This document shows, piece by piece, positions 59,024 through 64,000 of a stretch of 64,000 nucleotides of DNA. This DNA is from a virus. Taxonomy: Duplodnaviria > Caudoviricetes. The notes beneath the pieces were generated by a model. That model did no database searches and had not been told where the DNA came from. It saw only the letters and a program-made list of their open reading frames with translations. The stretch lies in IMG/VR virus record IMGVR_UViG_3300031162_001060, positions 1,934 to 65,933 of that record; one strand, given 5' to 3'. The translations under genes and the position numbers were made by a program. How positions within the stretch are numbered: position 1 is the first letter of the stretch; the number at the start of each line of letters is the position of its first letter.

Positions 59024-60838
59024 ATGATGAGTGGTAGCCGCATGGCTAAGCAGTATGTTTCCAACTTTTTGGCAGCTGATTTACCTGCACGTTTAATTAA
59101 TTACCGCAACTACTGGAATTTGACATCTAGCCAGTTGCCTGACCCGTTGATGTACGCTAGTTATGAGCCGTTTGCATTGGATCGGTGGCCTACGATTATT
59201 ACGCTGGTTATGGGCACTGATTCGATTAACAGAATGGGTTATTCTGGGATGGGTGAGCCGCAGTTGCAGGTGTCGTATGATATGCGTACGTATGTGTGGG
59301 TGCGAGCGACAGGTACTCAGGCGGTCACGGATCAAAGAGATAACTTGACGACTGTTGTGCGTGAAGCGCTGATGGATCATCCTTCTTTGTCAGCGTACGA
59401 TAATTCTGTACCGTGCTCACCGAAAATTGATGAATCTACTATTGTGGAACAATTTTCTGATTTGACTTTGATTAAGGGTGAGCGTCTATTGGCGGGTGCT
59501 TTTGTAGGGTACACTCTCACTTTGGACGAGGATATTACTGCTGAGTCGTTGGGGGTTGTGTACACAACTAGTTCTGTTGTGCAGCCTATTCCGGTGGTTC
59601 CTAATGCTCCCACGAATTTGCTTGCTGTGGCGGGGGATGAGGATGTGGCTTTGTCTTGGGTTGAGTCTTCGTGGAATGGCGGCGTGTATGACATTTCTGG
59701 GTATGTGATTCAGCGGAGTTCGGATGGGGGTTTGTCGTGGTCTACTGTTGTGGCGGATACGGGTTCTGTTGATGGGTTTTATCGTGTGGCGGGTTTGTCG
59801 GCTGATACTTATCAGTTCCGGGTTGCGGCGTTGAATGAGGCTGGTACTGGTGCGTATTCGGCTTCTTCGAATGCTGTTACTGTTGTGACTTCTGTTCCGG
59901 GTCAGGTTGGTGTTGTTACACCGACGGCGGGTGTCTCTGAGGTGGCGTTGTCGTGGGCGGCGCCGTCGCCGGGTTCTAGTCCGATTACTGATTATGTTGT
60001 GCAGTATTCGATTAATGGTTTGAATTGGACTACGTTTGCTGATGGTGTGTCGGATGCGACGACGGCGATTGTGACTGGGTTGACGAATGAGACGTTGTAT
60101 CATTTTCGGGTTGCTGCGGTGAGTGATGTTGGGACTGGGTTGTATTCTAATTCGGTTAGTGCTAGGTTTGTAGTGTTTTCGCCGTTGGATCTTTCACCGA
60201 CGCTGTGGCTTGACGCCTCTGACACGGGCACGATTACCGAGTCGGGTGGGTCTGTGTCGCAGTGGGATGACAAGTCCGGCAACGACAATCACGCTACAGA
60301 GGCCACAGCGGCATATCAGCCGACGACAGGCACTCGGACAATGAACAGCCTAAACGTGTTAGACTTCGCAAGCAACCGTTTGCAAGGAACATACGACACC
60401 ACCTTGCCGTGTCATATTTTCGCGGTAGCTCAACTGGATGCAACTTCAGCCGAGCGCAGCCTTGTTGACGGGAAAAGTTCTGCGCGAAGAGTTATTGGCA
60501 CAACGGCTGCGAACGAATGGAAAATCACAAACAGTTACCTCGCCGGTACAACCATCACTGGTGGTTCTGTTGATACGGAAGCTTACGTCTTTCACGCGTA
60601 TTTCGATAATGGTGCTTCTAGTGAGCTGTTTGTTGATTCAGTCTCGATTGTCTCTGGCGACGCCGGAACCAGCGAATCGGTCTCGGGGATTACAATCGGT
60701 TCCACTTACGTTTTCACTCTTGATCCTTGGGACGGCATTATTGCCGAAATCGTTATCGTAAGCGGCACCCTGACGGCAGAGCAGATCTCTGACACCGAAA
60801 CGTACCTAGCGAACAAGTGGGGGATGACACTACCGTAG
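59024..60838 (+). CDS. Putative tail terminator/neck protein fused to two FN3 domains and a LamG-like domain
   Basis: Position after gpG-like gene, ~180-aa terminator-like N-terminal domain, 2x W..P/S...Y...FRVAA, WLDASD...YLANKWG. Confidence 0.65.
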   Translation: MMSGSRMAKQYVSNFLAADLPARLINYRNYWNLTSSQLPDPLMYASYEPFALDRWPTIITLVMGTDSINRMGYSGMGEPQLQVSYDMRTYVWVRATGTQAVTDQRDNLTTVVREALMDHPSLSAYDNSVPCSPKIDESTIVEQFSDLTLIKGERLLAGAFVGYTLTLDEDITAESLGVVYTTSSVVQPIPVVPNAPTNLLAVAGDEDVALSWVESSWNGGVYDISGYVIQRSSDGGLSWSTVVADTGSVDGFYRVAGLSADTYQFRVAALNEAGTGAYSASSNAVTVVTSVPGQVGVVTPTAGVSEVALSWAAPSPGSSPITDYVVQYSINGLNWTTFADGVSDATTAIVTGLTNETLYHFRVAAVSDVGTGLYSNSVSARFVVFSPLDLSPTLWLDASDTGTITESGGSVSQWDDKSGNDNHATEATAAYQPTTGTRTMNSLNVLDFASNRLQGTYDTTLPCHIFAVAQLDATSAERSLVDGKSSARRVIGTTAANEWKITNSYLAGTTITGGSVDTEAYVFHAYFDNGASSELFVDSVSIVSGDAGTSESVSGITIGSTYVFTLDPWDGIIAEIVIVSGTLTAEQISDTETYLANKWGMTLP

Positions 60839-60887
60839 CACCACCTAGTCACTTATCTCACGACCAGCGTAAGCTATAATAGATACT

Positions 60888-63800
60888 ATGGCTAGGAAAC
60901 CTCGTGTAGTACCATTTCAACCGAACCCTCGGGACGGTGACCTTGATGGTCTAGTTCAAGACGGAACGATCTGGGAGCGTCCTAAAGGGGCGTATTTGCG
61001 TTTTATTGATACGGGTGAGATTTGGAGTGAGTTTGGGCAGGTTGATCGTGGCAGCGTAGAGCTTGTTCGCCCAGACGGTTCTGTTTGGGAGTTTACGCCG
61101 TCGTGGGTTCAAGATGATTCTACTGTTGGCGGTACTTTGGGTACGTTGGGGGATAGGTTGCCGTTGGTGTTTGAGTCTAACGGCATGTTGCCTCGTGGGT
61201 TTTTGGGGACGACGTTGGCGGATGAGTCTCGGTTTGATGATGCTGTGGATGATGTAGAAGTTCTGTCTATGGTCTATAGCGAGGCTGCTGAGGCTGAAAT
61301 GAGTGAGAAGCTAGATAGATTGTTGTTGCCTGAGGCGGTTGAGAGTGGTTTAATTACGCAGGAAACTCAAAATAAGTTGCGAGCTTTTCGTAGTTGGTCG
61401 ATGATGGGTGAGAGAGGAATCGATTCGCTGGCTATTTCTAGCCGTGAAGTATCGTTTGATTATTTAGAAGAAACTTTGCTTTCGGGGCCGCTGGAGAAGC
61501 GAGGTTTGTCTAAGGGAGAACTGTACGATAGCATTCCTTTAGGTTATTATTTGCGAGATCTCGTACGATATGGAAACAAAGAAACAGTTACTTATCTTAG
61601 GGCTGAGTTAAAAAGACTGCAACGACAAAACACTTTGCGTAGGCGCCCTGTAGAAGAACTACTGGGACCTATAGATGAAGATTCTGTGCAGGGGTTCTTG
61701 GCGGTGGTTAAAACTATGCCAGTTTCGACATGGCATGAGCATCACATAAAAGAGGCTGCAGAGGCTTATGCTCGCCGTGACTTTGATAAATTAAATTATC
61801 ATTTGGAGTGGCTAGACACTCACAGTGACCCTAGTAGAACGGCTGATCAGTTTGGATGGCGGAGTCAGCTACAGTACATGGCTGATAACCCTGAGCTGTT
61901 AGATACTATATTTCGTGCGGGAGCCGATCTTAAAGACTACGACTATCTTACGGGCTATGCTTTTCAATCTACGCTAGCTCAGATTAGAAAAAATGTAAGT
62001 AGGCGCAGGTCGGATAAAGCGGCGCTGGCCGCTGATAGGAACACTAAGCGCGACTCGTCTCACGGCATAGATACTAATAATAGGTTGATTGATCGTGCTG
62101 GAGTACATAGTGGCCAGTATCAGGACTTGGACATGATTACTTTAGTTTTGAAGGATATCGAGCTTGCCGAGTTAGAGATTGCACGTGCAGGGGATGAAGA
62201 TGAGGCTGTGTTAGAGGGGGTTCTTCGTGAGCGTTTGGCTGAATTAAAAACTGAGTTAACACAAGTAACGAAACCTAAGGATATAGAAATTACGTTTACG
62301 GATGAAGTGTTGCAGGGTTTGGGAGATGGTGGAATACTGTCATATATTCCAGGCGGCGCAGATAATCCTGAGTTGCAACGTAAAATTCGAAAGTCAGTTG
62401 ATGCTATAAGTCCGGAGTTTCGGCCTAAGGCTATATTAATTGACTATTGGAAGACCTCGGACGGCAGTGCTCAAAGAGACTCAACCTCCGCTGGTTGGTA
62501 TTATGGGGGCACTGGGGTTTTAGCAATTAATCCACGTACTCTGAACTTGCATGAGCACATGGTGGTGGATGAGAAGCGTGGCACGGTTAGAAGGTTTGGT
62601 CCGGACGATGGAGAAGATGGTGTCGAAATTCCTTTAGGGCTGGCAAACAGTCCGGGTGCTCTTCAAAGGTTGTATGATATAGATACACAGCATGGAATGA
62701 GTAGGGGTGCGGCGCCAAACTTGGATGAGGTAGCTGTCCACGAGTCTGTTCATAAGCTAGATTATTTGTTGGCTTCAGACGAGTTCTTTAGGCTGCAAAT
62801 GCGGCTTGAGCGTGAGCTTGATGTGGCTGAGGTGACAGTGCAGGGTTTGGAGGGTTTTGATGCAGAGTTCTTAACGCCGTCTGAGGTTGAGGCGCTTAAT
62901 CGGGCTAGGGCGTCAGTAGCAAATTTGCAGGCCCAACTGAGAGAGATGAATAGTCAGGAATTGTTGGAAAGATGGATGAAGGGTCCAGATAGGACTGTTC
63001 GGCGTGCTTCTCAAAATTGGGCGAGTGAGAATCGAGACTGGTTAGAAGAGTACGCTAAGGTTTATAATGGTTCCGTTGCAGGGGCGGATCAAAACTATTT
63101 GTTATCTATTTTTGGGTACGGTCGCACTGATTACATTGGGGAAAGGTATGGGGTGTGGCGTAGTCAGCGGGATAGTTTACAGCCTGGAGATCCAAAATAT
63201 GATGCCATACGTGAGACTGAGAGTATGGAAGTTCTGGCTGAAGTGCTTTCGTCTCAGATTATGGGGCTTCGTAGAATTCCTCCGGGGAGGAGTGATGCTG
63301 ATAACAACCTGCCTGAGGAGGTGAGTAGGGTGGTGGAGCAGATTATTCCTGAAGAGCTTAAGTTTATTTTGTCTGAACGTGGATGGTCTGAAGAGGATAT
63401 TCCTTCGTTGACTGCTATGCGTGGCAGGTCGGAGTTGCGGCTTAGTGAGTCTAGTTCAGATACTCGTTTGAGAATACTGGGTGAGGATCGGGTTAGTATG
63501 GTGCCGGGGGAGCGGCCTGATGACGATTTTATTGATCGGCTTTTTGGGCAGGGTAGCCGTTCGTCTACGCTTGCTAGTGATCCTTCTGCTACATCAGAGA
63601 TGTTGAGTGCGGCTGAAAGGGATGATCGAAATAATCGTATTTTAAGGGAGTTGACGCAAGCTGAGATAGATGAGCCTAAGTTGTTTAGGGACGGGAAGCT
63701 TGTAGATAAAGTGTGGGCACCGTTTTCTCCGCCACCGCATTTGGCGGGTCCGGGTTTGCGTGAAGAGTTGGGACAGGCACAGTCGTGGGGGGAGGTTTCT

Positions 63801-64000
63801 CGACTCCTTAAAGGAAAACGTGTCGTGGTTTTTGATACTGAGACTGCTGGCCGTATGGATCCTGATGAGGTAGATGAGGATCGTATTGTTCAGTTGGGCG
63901 CTGTGGTGTATGTAGATGGTATGGTTGTGGATCGTTTTTCTATGTATGTGAATGTTGATTATGCTCAGTTGTCTGATTGGTCTCAGCAAAATTTGCTGGA
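60888..64000 (+). CDS. Giant multi-domain protein, partial (>1037 aa; not in ORF track): zincin HExxH region + DEDD 3'-5' exonuclease start
   Basis: Manually translated with no stop to the window end. MARKPRVVPFQPNPRDGDLDGLVQDGTIWERP; VHESVHKLD at 62739 with downstream EVLAE; VVFDTETAG...DRIVQLGAV...F..YVN at ~63820-63955; TATAAT before the ATG. Confidence 0.85.
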   Translation, partial: MARKPRVVPFQPNPRDGDLDGLVQDGTIWERPKGAYLRFIDTGEIWSEFGQVDRGSVELVRPDGSVWEFTPSWVQDDSTVGGTLGTLGDRLPLVFESNGMLPRGFLGTTLADESRFDDAVDDVEVLSMVYSEAAEAEMSEKLDRLLLPEAVESGLITQETQNKLRAFRSWSMMGERGIDSLAISSREVSFDYLEETLLSGPLEKRGLSKGELYDSIPLGYYLRDLVRYGNKETVTYLRAELKRLQRQNTLRRRPVEELLGPIDEDSVQGFLAVVKTMPVSTWHEHHIKEAAEAYARRDFDKLNYHLEWLDTHSDPSRTADQFGWRSQLQYMADNPELLDTIFRAGADLKDYDYLTGYAFQSTLAQIRKNVSRRRSDKAALAADRNTKRDSSHGIDTNNRLIDRAGVHSGQYQDLDMITLVLKDIELAELEIARAGDEDEAVLEGVLRERLAELKTELTQVTKPKDIEITFTDEVLQGLGDGGILSYIPGGADNPELQRKIRKSVDAISPEFRPKAILIDYWKTSDGSAQRDSTSAGWYYGGTGVLAINPRTLNLHEHMVVDEKRGTVRRFGPDDGEDGVEIPLGLANSPGALQRLYDIDTQHGMSRGAAPNLDEVAVHESVHKLDYLLASDEFFRLQMRLERELDVAEVTVQGLEGFDAEFLTPSEVEALNRARASVANLQAQLREMNSQELLERWMKGPDRTVRRASQNWASENRDWLEEYAKVYNGSVAGADQNYLLSIFGYGRTDYIGERYGVWRSQRDSLQPGDPKYDAIRETESMEVLAEVLSSQIMGLRRIPPGRSDADNNLPEEVSRVVEQIIPEELKFILSERGWSEEDIPSLTAMRGRSELRLSESSSDTRLRILGEDRVSMVPGERPDDDFIDRLFGQGSRSSTLASDPSATSEMLSAAERDDRNNRILRELTQAEIDEPKLFRDGKLVDKVWAPFSPPPHLAGPGLREELGQAQSWGEVSRLLKGKRVVVFDTETAGRMDPDEVDEDRIVQLGAVVYVDGMVVDRFSMYVNVDYAQLSDWSQQNLL

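Noticed and set aside
40767-60103. Long antisense ORFs rich in R/I/N/H/T (e.g. 40767-41672, 43292-43783, 51996-52625, 57859-58581, 59486-60103)
   Set aside because: By-products of T/G-biased codon usage on the coding strand; no RBS or recognisable motifs
1-64000. Stop-codon reassignment
   Set aside because: Genes tile densely under the standard code, and TAA, TAG and TGA all end conserved genes at expected positions

Overview
This window is a contiguous 64-kb piece of a large tailed dsDNA phage genome (Caudoviricetes, HK97-type head). The host is most likely an actinobacterium, judged from the WhiB gene, actinobacterial-style SSB/RecA and many leaderless sigma-70-type promoters. Positions 1-21.7 kb carry replication, recombination and nucleotide genes: partial thyX, primase-helicase, ssb, recA, Rad52-like annealing protein, PD-(D/E)XK nuclease and MazG. 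They also carry an unusually rich set of modifying enzymes: dTDP-glucose dehydratase, GT2, GT4, two PhyH-type dioxygenases, two methyltransferases, a NodB-like deacetylase and a ParB / PP-loop / ParB module. Positions 21.7-52.6 kb are a greatly expanded head module: inverted TerL, portal, HK97 protease, several giant multi-domain proteins that share small modules, an array of LamG-like fibre/spike genes, then the major capsid protein. After that come a class II ribonucleotide reductase, head-tail genes and a giant ORF (>1037 aa, missing from the ORF track) that runs off the right edge. No tRNA, CRISPR array, integrase or transposase was seen. Best candidates for new biology: (i) a four-gene NodS/NodB/PhyH/GT2-like operon; (ii) Lys-punctuated, probably capsid-packaged polyvalent proteins; (iii) a cassette-like LamG array with constant ends and variable cores; (iv) three promoter-bounded structured ncRNA candidates. 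All family names come from motif recognition by eye and need HMM or structure confirmation.
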